A DNA stretch of 32,000 bases from Candidatus Blochmanniella floridana (GCA_000043285.1 BX248583.1:90001-122000), one strand, 5' to 3'. Shown: positions 20,670 through 31,218, numbered from the stretch's first letter. Notes: generated by a model from the letters alone, not told the origin. Numbers and translations: made by a program.

Positions 20670-20782
20670 TATTATTAACTCAATGCCGAGATGGTGAAAT
20701 TTGGTATACACGCTACTTTGAGGGGGTAGTCCGGTTAATGGTTGCGGGTTCAAATCCCGTTCTCGGCATTGAGTTAATAATA
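20670..20782. repeat. perfect 15-bp inverted repeat bracketing tRNA-Leu
   Basis: The leader 20670-20684 (tattattaactcaat) is the exact reverse complement of 20768-20782 (attgagttaataata). The repeat abuts the acceptor stem and includes the discriminator base. Confidence 0.85.
20685..20768 (+). tRNA. leuU: tRNA-Leu, anticodon GAG, class II with long variable arm, no encoded CCA
   Basis: The cloverleaf was folded by hand: acceptor GCCGAGA/TCTCGGC, anticodon stem CTACT/GGTAG with loop TTGAGGG, T arm GCGGG-TTCAAAT-CCCGT. It closely resembles E. coli leuU and follows secG as in E. coli. Confidence 0.9.
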
Positions 20783-20790
20783 TAAATTAG

Positions 20791-20819
20791 TTGATTTTTT
20801 GTAATTTTAAAAATATAAT
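20791..20819 (+). promoter_or_regulatory. candidate sigma70 promoter for the metY-nusA-infB operon
   Basis: TTGATT (20791-20796), a 17-nt spacer, then a perfect TATAAT (20814-20819), which ends 16 nt before the tRNA-fMet 5' end. In E. coli the nusA-infB operon is transcribed from promoters upstream of metY. Confidence 0.45.
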
Positions 20820-20835
20820 AGATTTTCTTAGAAGA

Positions 20836-20912
<77 letters not shown>

Positions 20913-21376
20913 TAAATATATATTATGTATTAATATATACTTTGGAATTTTGAGTAAAAATTAAATTGTCTTTTGTGAATCTTGGGTTGACATTCAATTG
21001 AAATAGGGAATAGTAACTAATTGTAGGTAATATATTTTTACTGTGCAATAGCTGCGTCGTGTATACGGTGTAACTATTGTATATAGGGTATTTTATTTTC
21101 ATGTAATAGTAATTTAATGTTATACTGAATGTGATTGATAGTTTTTAATGGTTTATTTTTAATATGTCAATATTTTATTAAAAGTTTGATTGTTTTATAA
21201 ATATATCCGATAAGTATATTATACGAATATTGTTATGGTTAAAGCAAATTAGAGATTTCACAACATAAAGTATTTTATTATTTTTATACGTAGAATGGTA
21301 TGCTGATATTTAAAATATCATAAGCGCTGTATATTTTAATGTTTATTTAGGTAAGTAAGAGATTGAGATAATTAGA

Positions 21377-22882
21377 ATGAATAAAGAGATTTTAGCTGTT
21401 GTAGAAGTAGTTTCTAATGAAAAAGCAGTTCCTAAAGAAAAAATTTTTTTAGCGTTAGAAATGGCTTTAGCTGCTGCTACTAGAAAGAAATATAGTCAAG
21501 ATATTGATATAAGAGTTTCTATTGATCGTAAATCGGGGAAAATTAGTACTTTTAGGCGTTGGGTTGTAGTTAATCAAGTGATACAACCTACTCGAGAAAT
21601 GACATTAGAAGCAGCACAGTTGGAGAATTTGGAAATTAAAATAAATGATTATGTTGAAGATATTGTGGAATCTGTTACTTTTGATCGTATTACTACACAA
21701 ACCGCAAAGCAAGTTATCATTCAAAAGATTCGTGAAGCAGAACGTATGATAATTATAGAGCAATTTTTAAGTCGTCAGGGTGAGATTGTTACAGGAATAA
21801 TAAAAAAAATTAGTCGTTATTCTGTTAGTGTAGATTTGGGTAATAATGCGGAAGGGATAATTAAGCGTGAAGAAATGTTACCTAGAGAAAATTTTCGAGT
21901 AGGTGATCGGATACGTGGGATATTGTATTTAGTGAAGACTGATTCGAAGGGATCTAATTTATTTATAAGTCGTACTTGCACTGAAATGTTAATTGAATTA
22001 TTTCGTATTGAAGTTCCAGAAATTGGAGAAGAATTAATAACAATACAAGCTGCTGCTAGAGATCCTGGTTCTAGATCTAAAATTGCTGTAAAAACAAATG
22101 ATAAACGTATTGATCCTATAGGAGCATGTGTGGGTATGAGAGGTGCTAGAGTACAGGCTGTTTCTAGTGAATTAGGAGGAGAAAGGGTTGACGTAATATT
22201 ATGGGATGATAATCCTGTGCAATTTGTAGTTAATGCTATGATTCCTGCTGATATTGTTTCTATGATTGTAGATGAAGATAAACATACAATGGATATTGCG
22301 GTAGAAGAATCAAATTTGGCACAGATTATTGGAAGAAATGGTCAAAATATTCGATTGATATCTCAATTAATAGATTGGGAATTGAATGTAATGACAGTAG
22401 TTGAATTAGAAAAAAAACGTCAATCTGAAGATCGTAATATATTAGATATTTTTATGCGTGTGTTAAATATAAATGAAGAATCTGCTAAGGTTTTAATTGA
22501 TTCTGGATTTTCTTCTCTTGAAGAATTGGCTTATATACCAATTTCTGAATTGTTATCGATAGGAGTTTTTGATAAAGAAGAAATAGATTTGTTGCGTTTT
22601 AAAGCAAAAGATGCTTTAAAAGATTTATCTAATAAAGATAATAATGATGATAATAGTACGATTATGAATTCAGTTTCTGAATTATTAAAATTATCTAGTC
22701 TTAAGTATGAAATAGCGTTAAAATTAATTAATTATGGAATTTATAAGTTAGAAGATTTAGCAGAGCAAGATATTGTGAGTTTATCCGGGATTAAAGATTT
22801 AAATTTAACTGAGGAAGAAATTGGAGAGTTAATTATGGAAGCTCGTAATATTTGTTGGTTTAATCATGATAGCAATAAATAA
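21377..22882 (+). CDS. nusA: transcription termination/antitermination factor NusA
   Basis: [71 protein letters not shown] and the C-terminal ARNICWF match E. coli NusA. Confidence 0.96.
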   Translation: MNKEILAVVEVVSNEKAVPKEKIFLALEMALAAATRKKYSQDIDIRVSIDRKSGKISTFRRWVVVNQVIQPTREMTLEAAQLENLEIKINDYVEDIVESVTFDRITTQTAKQVIIQKIREAERMIIIEQFLSRQGEIVTGIIKKISRYSVSVDLGNNAEGIIKREEMLPRENFRVGDRIRGILYLVKTDSKGSNLFISRTCTEMLIELFRIEVPEIGEELITIQAAARDPGSRSKIAVKTNDKRIDPIGACVGMRGARVQAVSSELGGERVDVILWDDNPVQFVVNAMIPADIVSMIVDEDKHTMDIAVEESNLAQIIGRNGQNIRLISQLIDWELNVMTVVELEKKRQSEDRNILDIFMRVLNINEESAKVLIDSGFSSLEELAYIPISELLSIGVFDKEEIDLLRFKAKDALKDLSNKDNNDDNSTIMNSVSELLKLSSLKYEIALKLINYGIYKLEDLAEQDIVSLSGIKDLNLTEEEIGELIMEARNICWFNHDSNK

Positions 22883-22917
22883 AACATTTGTTAATTTATA
22901 AATATTAAAGGATCTTT

Positions 22918-25626
22918 ATGGAATCATCATATATGACAATTCAATCGTTTGCGATAGAAGTTCAAATGTCCGTGGATTATTTGATACAACAATTTTTAGA
23001 TATAGGTATTACTAAAACGAAATTTGATTTTATTACTCAGTCAGAAAAAGAAATTTTATTTCGTCATATGAATGTTAATAAAATTGCGGTATTTAATAAA
23101 CTTTTTTTACAGCGAAAAACGCATTCTACTTTAAATGTATCTAGTACGAATGGTAAGAGTAAGAAGGTGAAAGTAGAAGTACGTAAGAAACGTGTATATA
23201 TGGTTCCATGTTCTATACGTAAATCTCATGTCTCTAATAATACAAATATATTATTAGTTGAAAATGATAATAGCAAGGATAAATATAAGAGTGATGATTG
23301 TAATGAGTTATCTGAATTAGTTGCTTGTGATGAAAATAAAATTAGTTCTAATGAGAATCAGGTGATGTGTTTTATCTCTCAAAAAGAGAAGTTGGATCAT
23401 TTTACTATACGTCAAGATTATGTTCGTACGAATGAACTTGTAAAAGATGTCAATCAAGATTTAGATCATCAAATAAGAGATAGGAAGGGTTTAAGTAATT
23501 CTGTGTGTTGTGATGTTTTACTTAATGTTCAGGATGAACAACATGATGATAATAATTTTTCTTGTGGATTATCTGATGATATGGCTGTGTCAAATAATAT
23601 TCCCGAACATGATAAACAAAAACTGGAAAATGTGCGTAAAAATCTTACTGATCGGTTACGTTCAACAAGAACCCGAAATTTAAGTAAATTGGTCAAGCAA
23701 AATAAGCATAATAATAGTAAGGTATGTATGATATATGAATCTGATAAAGATGAAAAATTATATGTGTTACCTAGTTCTCGAGTATATAAGAATAAACGTA
23801 AGCAGAGTATTTTAGTACAAAGCTTTAATAAACCAATGCAGAAGACAGTACGTGATGTAGTTATAGGAGAGACGATAAGCGTAGCAGAATTATCTAATAA
23901 AATGTCAATAAAAAGTTCATCTATGATTAAAATGATGATGAAATTAGGTTTAATGGTGACTATTAATCAAAATTTAGATCAAGAAACTGCACAATTGGTT
24001 GTAGAAGAAATGGGTCATAATGCTATTCTGAGACGTGAGAATGCATTAGAGGAGTTAATTATGCATGATAATAATAATGATTATCAAAATATTTCTAGTA
24101 AATTAGATAATGCAAAAAATGATATGGGTTATAAAAATCGTGCTCCGATAGTAACTATTATGGGTCATGTAGATCATGGTAAAACTTCTCTTTTAGATTA
24201 TATTCGTTCTACTAATGTTGCATCATCTGAATCTGGAGGAATTACTCAAAATATAGGGGCATATTGCGTGCAATTGGCTAATAATGATATGGTTACTTTT
24301 ATAGATACTCCAGGTCATGAAGCATTTACCGATATGCGTGCGCGAGGTATTCAATTAACAGACATAGTGGTATTGGTGGTAGCTGCTGATGATGGGGTAA
24401 TGCCTCAAACTGTTGAAGCTATTCAGTATATTCGTGATGGTAATTTGCCTGTAATTATAGCAATAAATAAAATTGATAAATCTGTTACCAATGTTGAGCG
24501 TATTAAGAATGAATTAAATAGTTATGGATTTATTCCAGAAGAATGGGGCGGACATACACAATTTGTAAATGTCTCAGCTGTTTCAGGAGAAGGCGTTAAT
24601 GATTTGTTGGATTCTATTTTAGTGCAATCAGAGATATTAGAATTGAAATCTATGCATCATGGGTTAGCAAAGGCTGTAGTTATTGAATCATCCTTAGATA
24701 GGAGTCGGGGGCCAGTTGTAACAGTATTAGTGAGATCAGGAGAGCTGAAATGTGGTGATATTGTTTTATGTGGTACAGAATATGGTCGAGTTCGAGCTAT
24801 GAGGGATTCATTAGGATTTGATGTTATAAAAGCAGGACCTTCAATTCCTGTAGAATTGTTAGGTTTGTCTGGTATTCCTGGTACTGGAGAATGGTTAGTA
24901 GTAGTGAATAATGAAAAAAAGGCTCGAGAAGTAGCTTTGTATAGGAAAGAAAAAAAACGCGAAATTAAATTAGCTCGTAAATCAGAAAAAACGATTATAG
25001 AAAATTTTAATAGTATGGATATTATTAAGATTAAAGAATTGAATTTTATTATAAAATCTGATACTCAAGGATCTATGGAGGTCATTTGTGAATCTTTAAA
25101 AAAATTATCAACTAATAAGATGGTAATGAAAATATTGTCTGCATCTATTGGTAATGTAACAGAAACTGATGCGGTATTAGCATTATCTTCTCATTCTAGA
25201 ATTTTAGCTTTTAATGTAAAAGTGGATCTTTCTGCTAAGAATATAATTGAACTAAATCATATAAATATTCAATATTATTCGGTTATTTATAGTTTATTAG
25301 ATGAAGTAAAAGAATTAATTAGTTCTACTATAGCTCCTCAGGTGGATTTTAAAGTTATTGGAATAGCTAAAGTACATAATATTTTTCAATCTCCAAGATA
25401 TGGTACGATAGCTGGTTGTATGGTAACTCAAGGAGTGATTAAATTACATAAACAAATTAAAATAGTACGTAATGGGATTATAATGTATAAAGGTGTATTA
25501 GATTCATTGCGTCATTTTAAAAATGATGTCAGTGAAGTGAAGATTGGTGTAGAGTGTGGAATTGGAATAAAAAATTATAGTGATGTTTGTTCTGGAGATA
25601 TTATCGAAGTATTAGATAAAATATAA
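22918..25626 (+). CDS. infB: translation initiation factor IF-2
   Basis: The G domain (APIVTIMGHVDHGKTSLLDYIRST, DTPGH, NKIDK) and the C-terminal domains are colinear with E. coli IF2. The N-terminal 90 residues are conserved and the linker region is highly diverged. An AAGGA Shine-Dalgarno ends 6 nt before the ATG. Confidence 0.95.
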   Translation: MESSYMTIQSFAIEVQMSVDYLIQQFLDIGITKTKFDFITQSEKEILFRHMNVNKIAVFNKLFLQRKTHSTLNVSSTNGKSKKVKVEVRKKRVYMVPCSIRKSHVSNNTNILLVENDNSKDKYKSDDCNELSELVACDENKISSNENQVMCFISQKEKLDHFTIRQDYVRTNELVKDVNQDLDHQIRDRKGLSNSVCCDVLLNVQDEQHDDNNFSCGLSDDMAVSNNIPEHDKQKLENVRKNLTDRLRSTRTRNLSKLVKQNKHNNSKVCMIYESDKDEKLYVLPSSRVYKNKRKQSILVQSFNKPMQKTVRDVVIGETISVAELSNKMSIKSSSMIKMMMKLGLMVTINQNLDQETAQLVVEEMGHNAILRRENALEELIMHDNNNDYQNISSKLDNAKNDMGYKNRAPIVTIMGHVDHGKTSLLDYIRSTNVASSESGGITQNIGAYCVQLANNDMVTFIDTPGHEAFTDMRARGIQLTDIVVLVVAADDGVMPQTVEAIQYIRDGNLPVIIAINKIDKSVTNVERIKNELNSYGFIPEEWGGHTQFVNVSAVSGEGVNDLLDSILVQSEILELKSMHHGLAKAVVIESSLDRSRGPVVTVLVRSGELKCGDIVLCGTEYGRVRAMRDSLGFDVIKAGPSIPVELLGLSGIPGTGEWLVVVNNEKKAREVALYRKEKKREIKLARKSEKTIIENFNSMDIIKIKELNFIIKSDTQGSMEVICESLKKLSTNKMVMKILSASIGNVTETDAVLALSSHSRILAFNVKVDLSAKNIIELNHINIQYYSVIYSLLDEVKELISSTIAPQVDFKVIGIAKVHNIFQSPRYGTIAGCMVTQGVIKLHKQIKIVRNGIIMYKGVLDSLRHFKNDVSEVKIGVECGIGIKNYSDVCSGDIIEVLDKI

Positions 25627-25696
25627 ATTTTTATATTATTTAATATAATAATTATATATATAATATAAGGGTGATGTGTTGTATTAGGATGCTATA

Positions 25697-26050
25697 ATGT
25701 ATACAAAACGTATTAATCGTCTGCAACGTATTTCTCAGGAAATACAGAGAAAAGTGGCTATCATTATACATCACAAAGTTCATGATCCTCGTGTGGGTTT
25801 ACCTACGATTTCAGGAGTACAGGTATCTCGAGATTTAAAAAATGCTAAAATATTTATCACTTTTTTAGATAAAAATAATATAGAAGAAATAAATTTTTCT
25901 ATTTTGATATTACAAAAAGCTTCGGGGTTTATTCGTTTTTTATTGGCTAATTCTATGAATTTGCGCACAGTTCCCGTATTATTATTTAAATATGATTATT
26001 CTTTAAAGGAAGGAATAAAAATATGTAAATTGATATCACAGTTAAAATAA
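25697..26050 (+). CDS. rbfA: ribosome-binding factor A
   Basis: R.QRI.QE.Q...A.I......DPR.G..T.SGV.VSRDL..AK.F.TFL and ASGFIR.LL match E. coli RbfA. The infB-rbfA-truB order is conserved. Confidence 0.9.
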   Translation: MYTKRINRLQRISQEIQRKVAIIIHHKVHDPRVGLPTISGVQVSRDLKNAKIFITFLDKNNIEEINFSILILQKASGFIRFLLANSMNLRTVPVLLFKYDYSLKEGIKICKLISQLK

Positions 26051-26086
26051 TAATTAAATAATATATCTGAATGCAGGGATATATAA

Positions 26087-26854
26087 ATGCAAAGATATGT
26101 AAATTTTTTTGATAAGAATAGAAGAGATGTGCATGGTCTTTTGTTATTAGATAAACCAACTGGTTTTTCTTCTAGTTTTTTTTTAAATAAAATTAAAAAA
26201 TTATTTTATGCTAAAAAAGTTGGATATATTGGTACTTTAGATCCAATAGCAACTGGTATGCTTCCAATTTGTTTTGGTAAAGCAACGAAGTTTGCTTCAT
26301 ATTTATTAAATTCTGATAAACGATATAGGGTATTAGTTAAATTAGGAGAAAGTACTGATACGTTTGATGCTAGTGGTGTAATTATTCGTATTGCAGATGT
26401 TCAATGCAATAAAGAAAAAATAGAAGAATGTTTAAAATCTTTTTTAGGAACATCTTTACAGATTCCACCCATGTTTTCTTCATTAAAGTATCAAGGTTTA
26501 CCTTTATATAAATATGCCAGAAGAGGAGTTAATATTCCGAGAAAATCTAGAACTATTCATGTATATAGTTTATATTGTTTGAATCAATTAAATAGTATTA
26601 TTGAATTAGAAATTCATTGTTCTAAGGGAACTTATGTACGTAGTATAGTTAATGATATTGGAGAATATTTAGGATGTGGAGCGCATATAATAAGTTTACG
26701 TCGTTTAATGGTGGGACAATATATAGCGTCGATGATGGTAAATATTAAGACGATAGAATCTATATTTTTTGATAAAGATTTAAATGATTTGGAGGTATTA
26801 GATAAGCTTGATAATTTATTAATTTCAACTGAGACTATAATGTGTAGTTTTTAG
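26087..26854 (+). CDS. truB: tRNA pseudouridine-55 synthase, catalytic domain only (no PUA domain)
   Basis: HGLLLLDKPTGFSS, GTLDPIATGMLPICFG (catalytic Asp), DKRYRV, CSKGTYVRS and GCGAHIISLRR match E. coli TruB. The ORF ends where the E. coli PUA domain begins. Confidence 0.9.
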   Translation: MQRYVNFFDKNRRDVHGLLLLDKPTGFSSSFFLNKIKKLFYAKKVGYIGTLDPIATGMLPICFGKATKFASYLLNSDKRYRVLVKLGESTDTFDASGVIIRIADVQCNKEKIEECLKSFLGTSLQIPPMFSSLKYQGLPLYKYARRGVNIPRKSRTIHVYSLYCLNQLNSIIELEIHCSKGTYVRSIVNDIGEYLGCGAHIISLRRLMVGQYIASMMVNIKTIESIFFDKDLNDLEVLDKLDNLLISTETIMCSF

Positions 26855-26983
26855 TTGGTTAATGATTATAAATATTGTTATTTAATAACTATATTATGAG
26901 GTATTTAAAATTGAGTAATAAAATAGGTGTATAATATGAGTAATTATTTTTAATTAAAGCATAGAAAATAAGAGGTAAGTTGT

Positions 26984-27256
26984 ATGCATTATAATGCTGA
27001 ACAAAAAAGTAAAATTATTTTGAAATTTGGATTTAATAATATTAAAAATACTGGTATTACTGAAGTTCAAGTTGCGTTGCTTACACAACGTATTAATGCT
27101 TTAAAATCTCATTTTAATAAACATAAACAAGATCATCATAGTCGACGAGGTTTGTTACATATAGTTACTCGTCGTCGTAAGTTATTAAAATATTTAAAAA
27201 AAAGTAGTGTTTTGCGCTATAATAATTTGATAGAGAGTTTAGCATTACGTCATTAA
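26984..27256 (+). CDS. rpsO: 30S ribosomal protein S15
   Basis: [37 protein letters not shown] matches E. coli S15. An AGAGG Shine-Dalgarno lies upstream. Confidence 0.95.
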   Translation: MHYNAEQKSKIILKFGFNNIKNTGITEVQVALLTQRINALKSHFNKHKQDHHSRRGLLHIVTRRRKLLKYLKKSSVLRYNNLIESLALRH

Positions 27257-27420
27257 ATATTTTATAAAAGTAAATAGAATGATGTGTTTTTTAAAAAAAT
27301 CATGTTGTATTTGCATAAATATACGACATAGTGATAATTGTGTTGATAATTTTTATGTAAAGTTTAGTATAGTTATTTTATAGATTTCATTAAAAGTGTT
27401 ATATAATAAAGGATATTATT

Positions 27421-29514
27421 TTGTTAAATTCGATTGTTCATAAATTTCAGTATGGTCAACATACCGTGGTTTTAAATACTGGCGCTATTGCTCGTCAAGC
27501 TAATGCTGCAGTTATGGTTAGCATAGGTGATACTACAGTTTTAGTTACTGTGGTAAGTTCTAATCAAGAAAAAATAGATCAAGGTTTCTTTCCATTAGTT
27601 GTACATTATCAAGAACGTACTTATGCTGCTGGAAAATTTCCTGGAGGTTTCTTTAGAAGAGAGGGTCGTCCTAGTGAAAGTGAAATTTTGACTTCTCGTT
27701 TAATTGATCGTCCAATACGTCCGTTATTTCCTAAGGGGTTTTTAAATGATATTCAGATTATTGCTACCGTGGTATCAGTAAATCCTCAGATACATCCAGA
27801 TATTGTTGCTATGATAGGGGTTTCTGCAGCTTTAAGTTTATCTGATATTCCTTTCTTTGGGCCTATTGGAGCTGCAAGAGTGGGATATATTAAGGATCAG
27901 TACATATTGAATCCGACCACTATTGAATTATCTAATAGTAAATTAGATTTAGTTGTTGCTGGAACTGATTCCAATATTTTAATGGTAGAGTCAGCGGCTT
28001 GTGTGTTAAGCGAACAAGAAATGTTAAATGCTATTGTTTTCGGTCATGAACAACAACAAACGGTTATTCAAAATATTAATCAATTAGTAAAAAAAGCCGG
28101 TAAAGTGAAATATGACTGGAAACTAAAAGATATGGATATATTATTAAGTGAATATTTATCTAATTTATATAGATCTCGAGTGAATGTTTCGTGTCTTGTC
28201 GGAGTAAATAAAAAGGATCGGCAGGAACAATTAAATAATATTAAACACGATATTATTGATATTACTCTAAGAGAGTATAATGAGAATATTGATGTCAATG
28301 AAGTGATGTCTTTTTTGAATAATTTAGAAATAAAATTATTACGTAGTAGTATTTTAAGAGATAATGTCCGTTTTGATGGGCGTTCGCCAGATATGATTAG
28401 AGAGATAGATATTAGTGCTGGAATACTTCCTAGAACTCATGGTTCAGCATTATTTACGAGAGGAGATACTCAAGCTTTAGTTACTGCTACTCTTGGAACT
28501 GAGAGGGATGCACAAAATTTAGATGAACTTACAGGAGATAGGGTTGATAGGTTTTTATTACATTATAATTTTCCTCCGTATTGTACAGGAGAGATTGGTA
28601 TAGTGGGAGCTCCAAGACGACGGGAGATTGGTCATGGTAGATTAGCAAAGCGTGGTATGTTGGCGGTTATGCCTAATTCTAATGAATTTCCTTATACAGT
28701 ACGTGTGGTGTCAGAAGTTACTGAATCGAATGGTTCTTCTTCTATGGCTTCTATTTGTGGGGCATCGTTGGCTTTGATGGATGCTGGTGTTCCAATTAAG
28801 GAATCTGTAGCAGGAGTGGCTATGGGATTAATTAAAGAAAATAGTAATTTTATTATATTGTCTGATATTATTAGCGATGAAGATCATATTGGAGATATGG
28901 ATTTTAAAGTTTCTGGTACTAGAACGGGTATTACTGCATTGCAAATGGATATTAAAATTAAGGGAATTACTTATGATATTATTGAAGTTTCTTTTAAAAA
29001 GGCAAGGTGTGCTCTATTACGAATATTAGATATTATGGATCAAGTTATTAAGATTCCGCGTAAAGATATTTCTGAATTTGCTCCTAGAATATATAGTATA
29101 AAAATTAATCCAGATAAAATTAAAGACGTGATAGGTAAGGGAGGTTCAGTAATTAGAGCATTAACGGAGAAAACAAGCACTATTATTGATATTGAAGATG
29201 ATGGTGTAATAAAAGTAATATCTTTGAATGCTGAAAAAGCAAAACAGGCTGTTGACCGAATTCAAGAGATTACTGCTAATATTGCAATAGGTTCAATTTA
29301 TACTGGAAGGGTCACTCATATTGTGGATTTTGGGGCTTTTGTTACTTTATTTGCAGGAAAAGAAGGTTTAGTGCATATTTCTCAAATTACAGAGAAAAGA
29401 GTGAATAGAGTTTCTGATTACCTAAAATTAGGACAAGAGGTATTGGTAAAAGTTTTAGAAATTGATCGTCAAGGAAGAATGCGTTTAAGTATGAGAGGAA
29501 TAAATCATATATAA
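27421..29514 (+). CDS. pnp: polynucleotide phosphorylase
   Basis: [16 protein letters not shown] aligns with E. coli [16 protein letters not shown], and the gene has a TTG start as in E. coli. Both RNase PH domains, the KH domain ([24 protein letters not shown]) and the S1 domain ([13 protein letters not shown]) are present. Confidence 0.96.
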
Positions 29515-29754
29515 TTAATATTGTTATACACCTATTATATCATGTTTCATATAATTATAAATTAATTATATTAATATCAAATTTTTAATATCATAGTATC
29601 CTTGAATAAATTTATGTAATATTTGTTGCTGTGAAGTTTATATAATAAAGGAATAGAAATTATATTATATATATTCGCATAAAATGTGAACTTATTTTTA
29701 TGGTATATATAAAATTTATTGGATCAGTTGATATAATATTTTTAAGGCATATAG

Positions 29755-31218
29755 ATGTTAGACTCTGAAAATTCTTTCGTAGATTTAGGGTTAAATACAT
29801 ATATTGTAGATATGTTAAGTAATATTGGATATCAGGCTCCGTTGCCTATTCAAACTCAATGTATTCCTTTGCTGTTGAAAGGATGTGATTTATTAGGAAT
29901 GGCTCATACTGGTAGTGGTAAAACTGCGGCGTTTTTATTGCCTTTGTTGCAAAATATTGATATTAAACAACGTTTTGTTCAAGGTTTAATTATAGTTCCG
30001 ACTCGAGAATTAGCTATTCAAATAGGTCATGTATGTATGTATTTTATTAAGTCTTTGAGTCATATAATTAATATTGCAGTTTTATATGGTGGACAAAATT
30101 ATAGAATTCAATTTAATGATTTAAAGAAAAATCCTCATATTATCATAGGAACCCCAGGTAGATTATTAGATCATTTAAGTCGAGGATTAGATATATCAAA
30201 ATTAAAAACTTTGATTATAGATGAAGCTGATGAAATGTTACGTATGGGATTTATTGAAGATATAGAACATATTATTCGTTATGTTCCAACTCATAGGCAG
30301 ACAGCATTATTTTCTGCTACTTTACCTGTGAGTATTAGAAAATTAAGTTATAAGTTTATGTGTAATCCTAAGGAAATCTATATCAATCCTAGTATTTCAG
30401 CATGTGCTGATATTAAGCAGAGTTATTGGTTAGTACATGGTATATCTAAACATGAAGCTTTGATGCGTTTTTTGGAAGTAGAAAAGTTTGAAGCAGTAAT
30501 AATATTTGTACGTACTAAATCTGCAACCTTGCAAATTTCTGAAATTTTGCAACGTTTTGGTTATAATAGTGCGGCTTTAAATGGGGATATGAATCAATCT
30601 GTACGTTGTAAAACAATATCTCGTCTACGGTGTGGTACGTTGGATATATTGATAACCACTGATGTTGCCGCTCGTGGATTGGATATTAATCGTATTAGTT
30701 TTGTAATTAATTATGATATTCCATGTAATTATAATGCTTACGTACATCGTATCGGAAGAACAGGTAGAGCTGGTCGTTCTGGAAAATCTTTGTTATTTGT
30801 AGAACGTCAAGAATATCATTTATTTAATTATGTTATTAAAAGAAGAGTATTAAATTCTAATATTGTGAAAGTTAAATGTCCTACATCGAATGATTTGGTA
30901 CGTTGTCGATTAAAAAAATTTACTGATAAAGTAGTAAATAATTTGGAATCTAAAGATATAGAACAGTATCAATCTTTATTAGGGAAAATAAAGATTGACT
31001 TGGATATAACTATAGAAAAATTAGCTGCCATTTTATTAAAAATAGCACAAGGTAGTCAATCATTAATAATATCATCAGATGATCAAAGAATAAATAAAAA
31101 AATAATTTATTATAATAAATCTGATTTAAAAAAAAATTCTGCGCATAAAAATAAAAGTTATTTTGTACATTCTCGTCGATCAATAAAATGTAGCAATGTA
31201 TATTATAAAAAAAAATAA
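29755..31218 (+). CDS. deaD: DEAD-box ATP-dependent RNA helicase DeaD/CsdA, C-terminally shortened
   Basis: The Q motif, AHTGSGKTAAF, PTRELA, DEADEML, SAT and HRIGRTGRAGR are colinear with the E. coli DeaD helicase core. Homology fades after ...LAAILLKIAQG. Confidence 0.9.
   Translation: MLDSENSFVDLGLNTYIVDMLSNIGYQAPLPIQTQCIPLLLKGCDLLGMAHTGSGKTAAFLLPLLQNIDIKQRFVQGLIIVPTRELAIQIGHVCMYFIKSLSHIINIAVLYGGQNYRIQFNDLKKNPHIIIGTPGRLLDHLSRGLDISKLKTLIIDEADEMLRMGFIEDIEHIIRYVPTHRQTALFSATLPVSIRKLSYKFMCNPKEIYINPSISACADIKQSYWLVHGISKHEALMRFLEVEKFEAVIIFVRTKSATLQISEILQRFGYNSAALNGDMNQSVRCKTISRLRCGTLDILITTDVAARGLDINRISFVINYDIPCNYNAYVHRIGRTGRAGRSGKSLLFVERQEYHLFNYVIKRRVLNSNIVKVKCPTSNDLVRCRLKKFTDKVVNNLESKDIEQYQSLLGKIKIDLDITIEKLAAILLKIAQGSQSLIISSDDQRINKKIIYYNKSDLKKNSAHKNKSYFVHSRRSIKCSNVYYKKK

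Noticed and set aside
27279-27303. Bulged hairpin atgat(gtg)tttt...aaaa-atcat in the rpsO-pnp leader, examined as a counterpart of the E. coli rpsO terminator and RNase III autoregulatory stem.
   Set aside because: The structure is very weak and A/T-only. I could find no long duplex comparable to the E. coli pnp leader stem, so I make no regulatory claim.
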